Of a stretch of DNA of 64,000 nucleotides, positions 1-13,721 are shown piece by piece. The position numbers and the translations under genes are program-made. The stretch is from Yuukianura sp. NJ FZ-2021 (taxonomy: Eukaryota): assembly GCA_046563655.1 (NCBI GenBank), contig CM102287.1:7502001-7566000 (forward strand), given 5' to 3'. Position 1 is the first letter of the stretch. Every line of letters starts with the position of its first letter. A model generated the notes under the pieces. It was not told where the DNA came from and made no database searches. It saw only the letters and a list, made by a program, of their open reading frames with translations.

Positions 1-1150
1 GTGCTTTGGCCATAATTTCCAGCCTGTGCGAGTCAAAATTTTGGCAAATTAAGCTTAATTTCTTAATTAAATTGAATAAATTAACTTATTAATCAATAAT
101 AAGAATGTAATAATTTACCGAGAGTGTTTGATAGCTTCGTGTAGATCCTTCGTCTGTCGATAGGGAACGATGAGGTCTCGTTTACCCCAAACTATGAGCG
201 TAGGAATGTTGAAGTTATCGTATCTTCTGAGCCATGTGACCTTGTCCTGATTGGCATATTGGTGCATGATCATGTCGTGCCATGCGTACCAGTGCTCCAG
301 CATCATCTCCCGCTTGCCTTCAAATTCCGCTTCCAACATGGCAGCAAACGGACCAGTAACGTTCGTCACGTCTCGATACCCTGAGACAAATTGAGAGGTC
401 AAAGGTCAACTTCGAACTTTGGTTACCATTTAGTATATCGGAGGAATTTGCTTTGCAGTAATTCATTTACAGCAATATGTACTCACATCGGTTCAGTTTG
501 ATGTCCTCTTCTTCAAAACGATCCCATCCTCCAAGTAGCAAAAGTCTATTCACCATTTCTGGATGCTGGAGACTGAACAGAAGAGCCGTCTGACTACCGC
601 CACTGTAGCCCAAGATGGTAAACTTTTCATGGCTTAGCGTCTGCGCGTGGAGTAAAAATCAATTGATTTCATAAATTCATAAAAAATGCGTATTAATGTG
701 GATTAGCGTGACTGACCTTGAGCAGAGCGTATGCCAATTGTACGTCCTTCTGGAAACTGATGTCCTCCAGAGCCCTGCGTGGTGGTTTGCTTCGGAAGTA
801 GCCTGGCTGGTCCCATCCGTAAAACGTGTACTTGGAACAGAAAACTGGGTCCAGCAGCATCAATGTCGCCAATGGTATAAAACTGGATTTCAGCGGGCCT
901 GGCACCAAAATAAGCTTAACATTTTTTCATTGAATTCAAAATTTTCAGTTTTCAATGTCAAAATTTCATAATTCAATTTCAATTCAAAATTGTAGCTGAA
1001 CATCTTACCCATTATTCCTGGAAAAGTGAAAATGGGTATTGGGCCATGCCCAATCTTGACATAGCTGATGTGGTAGCCTTGCGTCTGGAACGAGTGGTAG
1101 TATGGAACTAAGGGGTCAGCGAGGTCAGCTATTGGCGGTGTTGCAGCCAT
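1..1150 (-). CDS. Alpha/beta-fold serine hydrolase (valacyclovir hydrolase/BPHL-like); 3' end runs off the window start
   Basis: Exons 1150-1009, 898-717, 640-487, 380-119, 23-<1 with GT-AG introns. Motifs: GHGPIPIFTFPGIMG, GWDQPGYFRS, nucleophile elbow ILGYSGG (G-x-S-x-G), PTLIVWGKRDLIVP. Confidence 0.85.
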
Positions 1151-1830
1151 TTTCTTGCAAATGTCTTACAAACTGAATTTCTCAACTGTTTAAAGAACTT
1201 TTGTGCTCGAAACACATTCGGGTACTAAAAAATCTTTAGTTTCTTCTGTTAAAAAAAGACTAGAGATAGAAACCCCTACCCAACTTCATGTCAAAAACTA
1301 ACGGTTTTACCCTCTTTTTTGGAAAACAACAAAAGGAAATTGAATTTTAAAATTCTAAAAATGCAATGCTAAAAAAAGGTGTTGCTTGTTATTTGAACTC
1401 GCCTAAAAATCATCCAAAACCGTTTAAAAATTCTTTCACAGCACCTATTTCAGCCAAGTGTCCACATTTTTTAGCCAAAAGTTGATTAATATGCTACCAG
1501 TGCACGCGCATTTGATTCGAATTCTGTCAATGACTTTCCGTTACCTTCCATTCCGGTTTGTCTACGGAAATTAACAAAAAGTGCTCCACTTTTGACATAT
1601 CCCAATAAACATTTAATTGGGAGTCCCAAGGATATTTAAGTTATGTAATTACTAAACAATTTTATTTGGTTCATAATTTCACTTCATGTCATACAAAGCT
1701 CTTTGCAATTGTCCTCTAATTTGGCACAAAAACTAAACTTTCCTGTTTTTTCTGTTTCTTGTTAACACAACTGTTAATTGCTTTGTTAAGGATGATGATT
1801 GATTAGGTCACATTGAATTAAAAAGTTGTT

Positions 1831-4157
1831 TTACCACCCTGATCCGAAGTACGAGTGACTCACGCGCGATACTCCATTGTCATAGCCATAATTGAACGTC
1901 AAGGGATTCAGGCGTCCTTTGGTCACCACGCCCTGTACTGGCTGTGCTGGGGCAACTTGCAACTGTGCTGGTGCAACCGCTTGAATCACGGCAGGCTCCT
2001 GCACCTTCTGAGTTGCCGGGAGGTAGGATGTCACAGGCGCAGTCGCGTAACGCATTTCTGGAAGATGTTCCACAATTTGCTCATATGTATGTTGCTGTAC
2101 TGGAGGTCGTGCAACGACAACAGGCTGTGCGGTAGGTTGTGCAAAGACAACTTGTTGAACCGGAGGTTGTGCAGCTACAACTTTTTGGACCGGTTGTTGT
2201 GCAAATACAAATTGCTGCGGTGGGGGTTGTTCGTACACAACTTGCTGTACTGGAGGTTGTGCAGCTATAACTTTTTGGACCGGTTGTTGTGCAAATACAA
2301 CTTGCTGTACTGGAGGTTGTTCATACACAACTTGCTGTGCTGGAGGTTGTTCATACACAACTTGCTGTACTGGAGGTTGTGCAGCAACGACTTGTTGGAG
2401 AACAGGAGCTTGTACATGCGTCGCCTGTACGTGGTGTGCAACTGGAGCTGGCTCGAGCTGTTGTTGTTGAGCATAGTGCAACTGGTGATGAAATACTTGT
2501 GCTGGATTATGAGTGTACTGAACTGCCGGTTTCTGATAGATAATCGGTTGCTTGTGAATAACTGGTTCCTGATATACTATTGGCTGCTTGTGAATGACCG
2601 GTTGCTGATAGATTATTGGCTGCTTGTGAATGACTGGTTGCTGATAAATTATTGGTTGCTTGTGAATTACCGGTTGAATTTCTGTATGATGCTGCAACAG
2701 TACCTGTTGTGGTGCAACAACTGGGGCAACGTGGTATACCGGTTGCACTTTCCTTATTTTTTTAATTTTCGGGCCAAATTGAAAATACTTTGTTGTCTGA
2801 GGTGGCGAGACAGTAGATACCGCGATCACAACTTGTGTTGGAGGGGGAGTTACGATTGTTTGTTCCGTTGGCGGCACAGCTTGGATTACATGTTCCGTAG
2901 AAGCTGGTGGGAGATACGTTTCTGGTACTGGTGTTGTAGTTGTAGTAGTGGTCTCAACCTGTGGAAAAATATTGAAAAACTATGCAATTTAATATGGTTC
3001 AAATGTGTTAAATTTTGGAATTTTTAACCTTTGGGAGGGGATATTCCAACTTTTTATCTGGTACTGGATATTCATAGCCACCAGAAGTAGCCACCGTGGT
3101 TTCCTTCAACACTTCCGTCGTAGTTGCAGGGGTTGATTCCGTTGTGGTTGTAGCAGGAGTAGTTGGCGGGGATGGTGGTGGATACTCAAGTTTGATCTCT
3201 GGCACTGGATATGCGTATCCTCCTACTGGTGCTTCCGTTGTGGCTGGAGGCTGTGCCTTGATTACCTGGACAGGCGCAGAAGCAAGAACGAATTTCTGTA
3301 CAGGCGCAGGAGCCAGAACCAGTTTCTGGACTGGCGCAGGCGCTACAATCAATTTCTGGACAGGTACTGGTGGAGGAGCCACGACGAATTTCTGGACAGG
3401 CGCAGGAGCAGAGGCCAAAACCAATTTCTGGATCGGAGGTTGGGCCACCAAAAAGTTTTGCACTGGAGCAACTGCTTTGACTATTCCAGAATGTGGAATG
3501 ACTGCTGCTGGTGGATCAGTTTTGTAAAAGTGTCGGGTGTCCTTTACAGTATAAACCGGCGTTCCGTATGACGCTGCATACTGAAGTGGGATCCCCGCAT
3601 TTGAAAATGCTTCTAAACTGTTTGAAATTGGCGCTCCGGCGACCAATGGTTGAACAACCTTCGTCACAGCTTGGTTGACCTGCCCATGCGGATAAGAGTA
3701 GGTGACCGTGGGACGGAATCCTTGGTCGTCACTAACGTAGGTGACTGTCCTCAGACGCCCATCCGGTTCTACAACACTGAAACAATCGTAAATCAAAATT
3801 AATCGAAAGACTCAAGGTCCAATTCCAAAATGGCAACCAACGCCTCTCTGCCCACGCGCACCCCCACTTCTCACTTTCAAACGGGAATTCAAGTTAACTC
3901 ACACAAAAATGAAAATTTATAAAACATTTTTCAGAATGCGGAAATTCCTCAATTCATAAAAATCTTAGAATTTGTTTGAACAGATTTATTTTATATTACC
4001 TGTAAAATCCTTGCGCAGCATCTCCGAGCCTACTTTCCCCTTTTTGCTGGAAGTTGGCTTGTGCTGGATCAGCAATGTTCACTTGGTACGAGTAGTTTGG
4101 ATTCGCACTGTGTCCAAACCCTACCAATACACCAAGGAGGCACAGTTTGAAAATCAT
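1831..4157 (-). CDS. Cuticular protein with RR-2-type chitin-binding domain and long V/Q/P-rich repeat region
   Basis: Exons 4157-4000, 3776-3029, 2958-1831. Signal peptide MIFKLCLLGVLVGFGHS. RR consensus [33 protein letters not shown] spans intron 1. Alternative in-frame ATGs at 4172 and 4220. Confidence 0.88.
2125..2690 (-). repeat. Coding tandem repeats in the cuticle gene (30-bp QQVVYEQPPV-like and 36-bp QPVIHKQPIIYQ units)
   Basis: Units are visible in both the DNA and the translation of ORF 1831..2877. Confidence 0.85.
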
Positions 4158-5505
4158 TTGCGGAGTGTCCATTTCAGAAGACTTGTTGCGACTGCGTGAG
4201 GTGTGTCCACTGCTCTCCATTTTATCAACAATACCATTTTCCCAATTGGACTAATTGATTCATACCTGGCAAATGGCCATCTCGGGTGCGGCTGTTATTC
4301 ACACTTCCTTTTCATATCACCTACTGCAAAAGAGTCTGATGACAACCAACACAACGAAATAGGAACAAATCCAATTTACTTCTGCAGAAGGCAATGTGTT
4401 GCACATGACATTTTTAAATTCTGGCCTTTGTAAGTTCAATATTTGGAAGAATGTTGTAACATTAGGTGGAAAATGGCAATCAAGCAATACTGACATTGTG
4501 GAAAACATAAATCCTGACATTCCTTAGAAGGTCGTTTACTCGTGACTTTGCGGTGATTAGTTTTCTTACATTTAGCTCCAATTTATGCAGTCCAAACGAT
4601 TGACGATTACCACGAAATGTAATTGCGTGCATGTATTTATTATGATATTGCTGTTTTACAAAAAATTCAACAAAGACGTGTGGAGTAACCTTTACGTTTT
4701 TATCCAAATCAAGAAAAGGAAAAAAATCTGTGTTTAGAACTAGGCAAAGTGTAAGCCAGAGGCAGAACTTTAAGTCTAATTTTTTTTTTCAAAAATTTTC
4801 TTGTGTTATGAATATGATTTTATGATAATTTTAGAAAAAAGCGAAAACATTTTAACACACGGATCGTAACAATGCAGATCGTGTAAAATGTTGCCGTGTT
4901 CAACTTGTTTCTTCAATTTTTTTTTCAAAAAACTTTTTTAAGTAGCCCTCCCTTAAATTTTTTGTTGTGGATTATTTTTAACCAAAAGTGAGGTCAGCCG
5001 GCGTTAGCAAGTGCGAGTCTTGTCTAATTATAGTATCTCCAATTAATCCATCATCAGGGTCCATGACAGACGTCTTGTATTTCATGAGCTAACTGCATAA
5101 GTTCCAGCTAATAACACTAGGAAAGAGAGGGGACTTGGATTTTTTTTATTGAATTAGTCTAATTTCCAACCAAGGGATGCTAAGGGGACTTATTTAGTAA
5201 GTCTGAATTCTAAACTCATCTCGCACTTGTTGCTGCGTGGGAATTTTTTGAGCAGGGACTTCCAGGAGTACTAAATCCAGAAGATTCAATTACTACTTTA
5301 CATTTGGCATGGAGGAAGAGAGTTAAAAAAAGTGTCATCAGATGTAGATCTGAGATGAGATCATCACAAGGGGTCACATTTCAATTCACACATGGTGACT
5401 TACACTCATCATCACCATCATTTTCGCGTCTTATGCTTTTTACGATTTGGTCATGCACGTCGTCAGTTCGGATTTGCAGGAAGTCGGAGCGACTACGAAT
5501 TCAAA

Positions 5506-6591
5506 ATGTGCTCGTTACCTAGCAGCACGAATCTGGAAAAATCCGGTGTAGACGCAGAAGATTTTGTAGAAAAAGGTAATAGCACTGGTCTCAAGTGCTT
5601 GTGGATTGACTGCAAAGCGAGTTACACCAATCAGGTAACAGTCTAAAAAATGAATCGAAAATGGAAATTTTGAAACAAATTTTGAAATTTGGAATCACGT
5701 TTTTCAAGGGAAACTTGGTGAATCACATCAACGGAGTTCATGTGGAGACGCGGCGAGAGGATTTCGTTTGCCTGTGGCACGCATGTCCAAGGCGTCGGAG
5801 ACCGTTCAATGCCCGCTACAAACTTCTTATCCACATGCGTGTACATACCGGATTCAAGCCCAACACATGCTCAGTAAGGTTACGTTATTGTCATCCATGT
5901 TGCTTTGCTTATAAAATTTTGAAAAACTTTTTGAAACATGGAAAACTGAAATTCAATTTTATTTTTAGTTTCCGGGCTGCTCAAAATCATTTTCAAGACT
6001 GGAAAATCTAAAAATTCACATGCGATCCCACACAGGTACCAGAGAGCTCTGCTGGTTTCCTGTTTTCAAAAAGTGTTTTTTTTTTGTAATTTTAATATTT
6101 CTGAAATTTCAATTTTTGAAGGTGAGAAGCCCTACGTGTGTCCATTTTGCCCCAAGGGATTTTCAAATTCTTCTGACCGAGCCAAGCATCAGCGTACTCA
6201 CTTTGATCGGAAGCCTTACGCATGCTCATACGGAACATGCGCTAAAAGGTAATTTTACACTTCAATTCTCTTTGTCCGAAATTCAAAAATATATCAATTA
6301 CTTTGCTTTTAACGAAATAGTTTTTGTGCTTACTTGAACAGGTACACTGACCCATCGAGTCTCCGGAAGCACTTCAAAACACATTTCAAGGATCAAGAAA
6401 TCATGTCACCCACAGTATCCTCTTCATCATCTTCGTCTTCCACTGATGTCTTTACCTTTGACCTCCCTCATCTTCCTCTCCAGAATTTAGATGACCTTGT
6501 AACCTGGTCAGAAGTGGACGAAGACTGGACTTTGCCAATGAACTTCCTGGAAGGAGACACCATCGACTTTTCCGAGCTCCTTGGACTCTGA
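5506..6591 (+). CDS. GLI/GLIS-family five-finger C2H2 transcription factor (GLIS1/3, lame duck-like)
   Basis: Exons 5506 (or 5392)-5634, 5709-5873, 5969-6035, 6122-6248, 6342-6591. Translation CLWIDC...[30 protein letters not shown]...[20 protein letters not shown]...[14 protein letters not shown]...[23 protein letters not shown] is GLIS1/3-like. Confidence 0.9.
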
Positions 6592-6979
6592 TAAAAAAAG
6601 ACTGAATATCCCAATAAGCCAATAAGTGTAACAAAGTCTTTCATTAGTATGTTAGAGACTTCGAGTATGTGGTTTCGGACTTACGTTCAAAATGCATGTA
6701 AATTGACGCTGGATTTCCACTTTGGTAACATTGAAAAATGAACATGCATTTTAAACTTGTTGTAAACGATTTCATTACAATGACATGAAACCGTATGAAC
6801 TGCATGTTCCCAAACGTTTTATTTTGTTATTGTCATGCTCGGTAATTTCTTTGTAATATGTGTGCATAAAAAATAAAATAAAAACAAAATCTTAAAAGGT
6901 TATTGTGTTACGAACGCTAACAAGCGTCCGTGATTTGGAGCGTCCGTAAAACCTGACCGAGTCTGAATCGGAACGATAT

Positions 6980-8642
6980 TCAGATGTTGTGCATAGGACT
7001 GGCTTCTAGAGGCGACTCGACGGCCTTCCGAGTGGTGGCTTTGTAGAGATATCTGCAACAAAACTTGATTGTTAGTTCACGTGGAACCAATTTTTATAAA
7101 ACGTATTTGGACATACGCAAATCCAGCGAAGACAATCAAGTAGAGGCCAGCAGCGATGATGTAGATTGCTCCAGGGAAGGAGTGGATTGTGGCGATGTAG
7201 ACAAGGTTGGAAAGTGGTCCAGCTAAGATTGGCATCACAGACTCAATTACCCCTACGCACGAAAACGCTTTTCCAATCTCAGTTCCAGGAATCAAAAATG
7301 ACAGCAGAGAGCGAACGACAATCGACAATATACCCTGAGCAAACTGGATACTAGCACCTACGACAAAATAAATTGCCTTCAAGTATTTCATCTTAAAAGC
7401 TTTAGTAAGTATGCAGTATGCGACTCACCCAAGTAGAACAACCACGACACATCAGCAAGCCCCCACACAATTGAACCCACGACGCATGTGCAAGAAACAA
7501 TTGCTCCCATTGTAGGACTTGACAGTTTGAGGACCTTGAATCCCAGGTATGACATGAGGATCACTCCGAAAGCAGTGACGATCCCATCATAGGTCGTGTA
7601 AAACGAAAATTCTGGTTGACCCCACTGGAATCTGAGGCGACTGAAGAGGTATGCCACGGACCAACTCGAAGTGACACACACAATCCGAATACAGGAGATG
7701 CCGACCAGTAGAAACACGTTCCTAGAAGTTCAAAAGCTAAGCATTTCCAGTTTTTTAAAGTTTTAGTTTAGTTTTGAAAAACATTTACCCTCGATGAGGT
7801 CGTTTTTTGAACAAAACGACAAGAGTGTCTCTCCAAGCTCTGATTCCAAACACACTTTGACGACCGACCGGAACAGCAGGTTTGTTGTTTTTCAAAAAGA
7901 AGAACACCACAACCAACGCCACGAATTCCATGATGAAACACGTCAAGAAAACGGCGCCAAACCCACCCCATAAGAACAACTGAAATTCAAAAAACATGGA
8001 ATTTCAAAAGAAAAATTTAAAAATTTCAACTTTAGTTTTAAAACTCGCTTGAGACCCGAGCAGCGTTCCGACAGGTTGGCCCAACTGAATAGCTCCCTCC
8101 ACTGTACCGATCCGGAAACTCCGATTTTTTTCGCTTGTAGTGGACACAATGTACTTGAATCCTGAAACCGAATAGGCCACGCCCCCTCCGAAACATCCAA
8201 TAGCAATCGAAGCGATGAGGAACAGTGCTGGTGGAACCCCACCGAAGAAACTGAGTAGGTAGAACAAGAGTGGGTACAGAGCAAACCCCATCATGGGAAG
8301 CATTATGGGTAGTTTTGACCCCAGTTTGTCATTGAGTTGACCCCAAATGAGTCCGAGGAACAGGGGCGGAACAGCTTCAAGCAGCAATCGATAGATGGCT
8401 AAGCCAGCAGCCTCTTGCTGGACAACTTCTTCCTCGGATCGATGCTGTGTCAAGTTGAAACAAATAGAAGCATTTTCTCCAGTATTTCGATACTCACAGA
8501 TTTTGTAGATGTAGAAGTTCTGGACGGTAATTTGAAGAGCGTTGGTCATTACGGCTGTGGTGAAAGCGATGGGCTCGATCAGCGTGCAGTAGCGCCTACC
8601 GCCCATCTTGCTCTGCTTTTTCTCGTCAAGTCCACCCTCCAT
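6980..8642 (-). CDS. MFS transporter, SLC46/proton-coupled folate transporter-like
   Basis: Exons 8642-8049, 7979-7789, 7721-7429, 7357-7117, 7052-6980. Motifs IEP..F, YKIC...C...EEVVQQEAA, GQLNDKLGSK, EIGKAFS. Multiple TM helices. Confidence 0.85.
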
Positions 8643-8960
8643 CGAGATGGAATTCAAACAAAACCAAATTCAAAATAAAAGTTGTACCTGCTTCAAAAAA
8701 CTTAACTTTTTTTGTCAATTTGAGATTTTTTTTCCTGACTGGAACACTCAAGTGAATCCCAGTCCGTGACTGAATGACTTTCAAAACTTAAGAATTTCAA
8801 GACCATGAGGCTGCAGAAACCGGTTTAGCATGCATACAATTCCGTCTTTATTGACTTCATATAAAAAGGCGAAGAACAGAACATTACTTTCGCATCTGAA
8901 GCTATAAAGAGTTGAACACCAATGGCGATAATCCTTGACCTCGCTGCTTTTCCCAAATAA

Positions 8961-10915
8961 TCATGACCTCTTGACCTTGACTTGTGTTTGTACCAATGTT
9001 AACTTGCAGAGATATCTGATTATGGAAAAGACTGTATAAAGAAACAGGAGGATCACAATAAAAAGAATAGCTAAAATATCCAGAGAATTGAGGACAACAA
9101 AACTCAAGTCCCTCGCATTGGAACGCAAGTGCTTGGCACCTAAAACCGAGAAAATACTTCTTTAACTTGATTGAAATGCTTCCTATAACTCAAAATGTGT
9201 TGAGAAAGCATGTGACTTTATATTCAGCTTTACCTCCATGTCGAATAACGTATTCAATCCAGAAAATTGCTGAGTCCATTGGAGCCAGCGGTTGATCCTT
9301 GAGTAATCGAGAACGAGTAACTGCATTGCCTTTGTACCTAACCATACATAAAGCATCAAAAAATAAAAATTAAAATAGTACACTACAAATTTTAAGTTTT
9401 AAAATCGAAATTCAAGAGCAATTCCAACTTACTTTTCGTTCCTCAAAAGCTCCTGGAGACCATCGTAGAGTTTGGTTGATGTCAACGTCGTGAAATCCAG
9501 GACAACCGCAGTTCCCAGCTCCTCTGCTCGATCCAGGTTGACAAATTGGTCTGCTACGATTGGCAAACCCAACACTGGTACACCATGATAAATGGCTTCA
9601 GTTAGGCTCAGATACCCGCCTTGCGTGATGAACGCCCTAAAATTCATTGAGAATTAGTCTTGCATATTTCGAAAAACGTTTATTGGTTGCTATTTTTTAC
9701 TTGATGCTGGGATGCCCGAGGAGATCCTGTTGAGGTAGCCATGAGATTAGTTTGACATTAGGAGGCAAATTAGCTGGAGCATCGCCTTCCCACTTCCAGA
9801 TTATTGTTTCCTTCAATTTGGAAAATGCATTTAGAAACAATTCAATTTTGGCGGAGGAGAGTCCTCGGACGGATAAACCAGAACCAAAACTGAACAGGAT
9901 GAAACCATGAGGACCAGAATCTTTGACGATCTTTTCCAGTTCCTGTATAATCAGATATCGACAGACTCATAATTGAATTCGACTTTAGGGTAGCTTAGTG
10001 ATGAGAACTAAGTTGATGGTGGCATAACTTACGTGTGGAAGTGGTTTCGCAGGAACGCAGTGAAGACCACGAACGTCGATGACGTCTGGAAACGAAATAT
10101 AAACAATTCAGGATGAAGCACATTTATATTCTTGGACGTCCTGAGCATGCGTGGTTTGACTTAGTACCTGGAAATAGTGGACGCGGGTAGTCAGCCGAGA
10201 AGTGGCCATAGGAAAGTACCAAACTGGCATTGGCCCAGACAGTATCAACTGAAGGAATGGAAGCGTCACCCAGGCTTTGTCTGTACAGATCCGCATACTT
10301 GGCCTTGAATGTCCAGTCGTAGTAGGCAAACACAACTTTAGACCGAATGTTCTCCACTCGATTCCAAAATGAAGCGTCGTCCGAAGCGGTGTTCAGAACA
10401 CCGCCAACGGGTGACAGAACCCAGTCTGTGGATTGGACGAGCCCAAGCAGAATCAGACTTGTGTTCAGCTTATGCACGAAACCTGCTGCGCATGCGTTGA
10501 TCATTGGAGGGACCATGACAAGGTCAAACTTCTGGCTCAAGAGAGCCTGGACATTCTTGGCGTTGTAACAGAGTTCACAAGCAAGTTCAATTAATTGACC
10601 TGGTCTCTGGGGGTTGTCATATCCTTCCTTCTTCTCCAAAGTTCGGTAGTCTGGATTGTACTTGTCCAGGAATTCGTTGTAGTCCATTGTGAGGACATGC
10701 GTCAAGTTGGTCACATTTCGGTCCGTCCTGTGTGGAGAGACAACAGTGATATTGTGACCTCTTGCGGCTAAGGTTTCTAGCAGTAGCTCAAATGTGATCA
10801 TATGACTTTTCACAGAAACGAACGTAACGAATAGAATGTTGGCACTACTCACCAAATGCAAACAAACTGCAACACCAATTATAAAAATTAACGACAATTG
10901 GAATCGTACAGCCAT
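8961..10915 (-). CDS. UDP-glycosyltransferase (UGT2-like, ER membrane)
   Basis: Signal peptide then ANIL, KSH catalytic His, [53 protein letters not shown] signature, C-terminal TM and KVKRS ER-retrieval end. Six exons (10915-10168, 10085-10033, 9942-9701, 9636-~9433, ~9335-9235, 9139-8961). Confidence 0.95.
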
Positions 10916-11970
10916 GATGAAGTCCTTTCAAGTACTGCTGGACACTGTTGACCCGCTGACCGTATTTCTTGTTTTTTGCTTGTCCAGGACGAGAAACGCC
11001 TCTTAATTTCTACTACCCTATGTAGAAAAGACATCGAACTCAAAGAATATTACTAGTATAAGGTGATGTGAGGGTAGAAAAAATCGAATGTGGAGACAGA
11101 GAAGGGTGCAAGAGTGGAAAAAGAACCACCGGAAAACCAGAATTTCTGGTTACCCTATGCCTTTAAAACGTGGATTTTATGGCAACAAGTCGTAATACTC
11201 AGCTTGAACATGACCTTGATGTGGTGACAAGTCCACAGGATCATACTTTAGCCTCCGTTTTTCCAGAATCAAGAACCAGTAGATTTTTTATCCTCGAATT
11301 CAAAAACCAGGTTATTTTTTAGCAACTCTGGAACAATCTAAAACTTAAATTTTATATAGTAGAGTCTTTATTTTGTAATTGTCGATTTTCCAGGGCTTTG
11401 TTCCGAACCATGAAAGCAAACATAGTACATGTATTTATTTTCGTAACTATTAAAAGTGGAGTTATAGTTTTCTAAAGTTTCAATCCACGCTTCTCTGCTA
11501 AACGCAGTAAGCCACTTTTAGATTTGACTGGCAACAGAGTACTTTTTGTTCTAAATGTATTGAAATTGAGCTTACAACGGCAAAATGTCAAAGAAAATGA
11601 AATTTCCTTGTGCTACGTTAATTGATCTTTCCCTGTAACATTTTTTATTAACTATGAAGCTTTTAATCAGACCCGACAGAAATGGAACTCAAATAGTTGT
11701 CAGATCATTGATTCAAAGCGAATGACTTAGCTTAAGGGACTTTTCTTCGAATGTGAATTTGACAATGGGGTGTAATTGGCTTGGCAGACGCCCTTACATA
11801 CTTAGAGTGAGATTCTCAGAACGTACGATATTCGCTATCTTACCATGAATTCTCAATTACTAAATTTTCATGCGTCATAGTAATTTTGAAATAAAAGTAA
11901 TTCACGCTTATGATGAACATCCAAATAGCAATTCAGCACAATCAAGTTGGTTTTTAATTAACAATTTTAA

Positions 11971-13386
11971 TTAAGTGAGTACTAGGGCGTTTACAAGACA
12001 TTCAAACAGAAATTGAAAGTATGTTGCTGGTGTTGAACGTTTCATTACACAAAAATTGCGAACTCTAACTCCCAGAGGGCGCAAACTCTTAAGTTCCCGT
12101 AATGTGGTTTCACGGTCGTCATGTTCCATAGCTTGCCATTGTAAAATCAATCTGATACTGACAGTATTTACATTGGATCCAACAAACATTATTATAGGAA
12201 TTACGACCGTACCAATTACCATCTCAATTCCAAACATACAATATGTGGTAGTATCTAACGTTCCATGCTTGTTATTAATTAGAAATGTAGTTTGAATTAT
12301 CCAGATACAAGCGAATAGCGTCATTGCCACTGGAATATGAACGGGACCAAAACAGTCATTGAAGATTTGGTTAACAAGTTGGTAATGGCGGTAAAGACCA
12401 ATCCTACATCTTCCCTCGGCTCTGTTAAAGGTTTTATATAAATTCAGTTAATCATATTTATATTAAATAATTAACTCAATTTATAAGTTTAGTATAAAAT
12501 TGCACCTTACTTCATCAGCTTCATGGACTTAATAGTTGGAAGGATGTGAATAACCATATAGTAAAGAAGGAAAGGTCCAAAGCCTGAGAAGAGGTAGACA
12601 ATGTATGTATCCACAGCAGCACTTAATATGATCATGAGTATGTTGCCATGACAACTAAATAGCTTTTGAACAAAGTAGTACAAGTGAAAAGGTTTCATCG
12701 GAACTATCATCTCTGTCAATAAGACCCCTACTAATAAATCAAGTACCAATGTGTTATTCAACAATTTCGCAAAATTCTGGATTGCTCTCAACATGTTGGA
12801 GAACTTCGTTGGATAAATTTCTGAAAGTAAAATTTCAGTTTAGGTTAAAAAACCTAACCTAACTCCTTAAACAAATCAACGTTTGCTTTAGAAATGCTTT
12901 TACGTATCATGAAAACTACTTACGTTCAACCACGTTCTGAAGAAGAAGGACTTGATTTAAATTGAAGGCAAATTCCTGTACTTTACCAATGACGGCGACA
13001 TGGATTACACCCGAGGTCAAATAAGTTACGGCAAATAATATTGTGATTACAAGATCGAGAAATTTCAAATTCAGAATGTTAAAATAACTTTGTAATACTA
13101 ATATATAGATGAGGAATAGAAATCGAATAATGGTTAAGAACACCAAAACCATCCAAACGGTTTGCTTTCCTTTGGAAGCTACAACAAATTTCCCAGAAGT
13201 AGTGCTGAATTCGAAAGGAGATACACACAATTTACCCAAAAAAGCTATAAATTTGGCAATGTATTTCACTGGGTATGCAGGATTTGTGGGGTTAGCGTCA
13301 ATGTATTTCCACTCTTTTGGTAAAATGCTACCAACATTTATTCGAGTCTTTATTTTCAAAATTTCTGAAATAAAAATATGCCACAT
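11971..13386 (-). CDS. Divergent gustatory-receptor-like 7TM chemoreceptor
   Basis: Exons 13386-12924, 12820-12511, 12421-11971 join in frame. Several hydrophobic helices; C-terminus LKSLRPLGVRVRNFCVMKRSTPATYFQFLFECLVNALV resembles the GR/OR superfamily TM7 region. Confidence 0.65.
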
Positions 13387-13721
13387 TTTACTGCTGCAAG
13401 TTCTCACTAACAACAAATAAAGGTAGGCAAATTTTCTTAGGTTGGAATTGGAATGGCTACGCAAAGTTTATTTTTACTTGGCACACGAAGGTCAAAGAAA
13501 ATGAAACTTGTAGTTCCGCCGAGCTGATCTGTATCGTAGACAATTTTTTTAATTATGGAGGGTTTAATCAGCCTGTTCCATGCTAGAAAAATACTCGCAA
13601 CCTATGTAATGTGAACTTTTTATAGCATGGAAGGCTCTGAAATGTTAACCAATTCTATGTAAAATTTTAAAATTCTTTATAATGCTATGGTTACGGTAAC
13701 CTGAAATACAAATGTTAGTGC

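Noticed and set aside
1855..3027. 390-aa + strand ORF
   Set aside because: Antisense shadow of the repetitive cuticle exon; its L/C/W/Y periodicity mirrors the sense repeats.
12073..12085. CAGAGGGCGCAAA as the missing left terminus of the satellite element
   Set aside because: It lies within intact GR-like coding sequence (LRPLG) and has no matching TSD.
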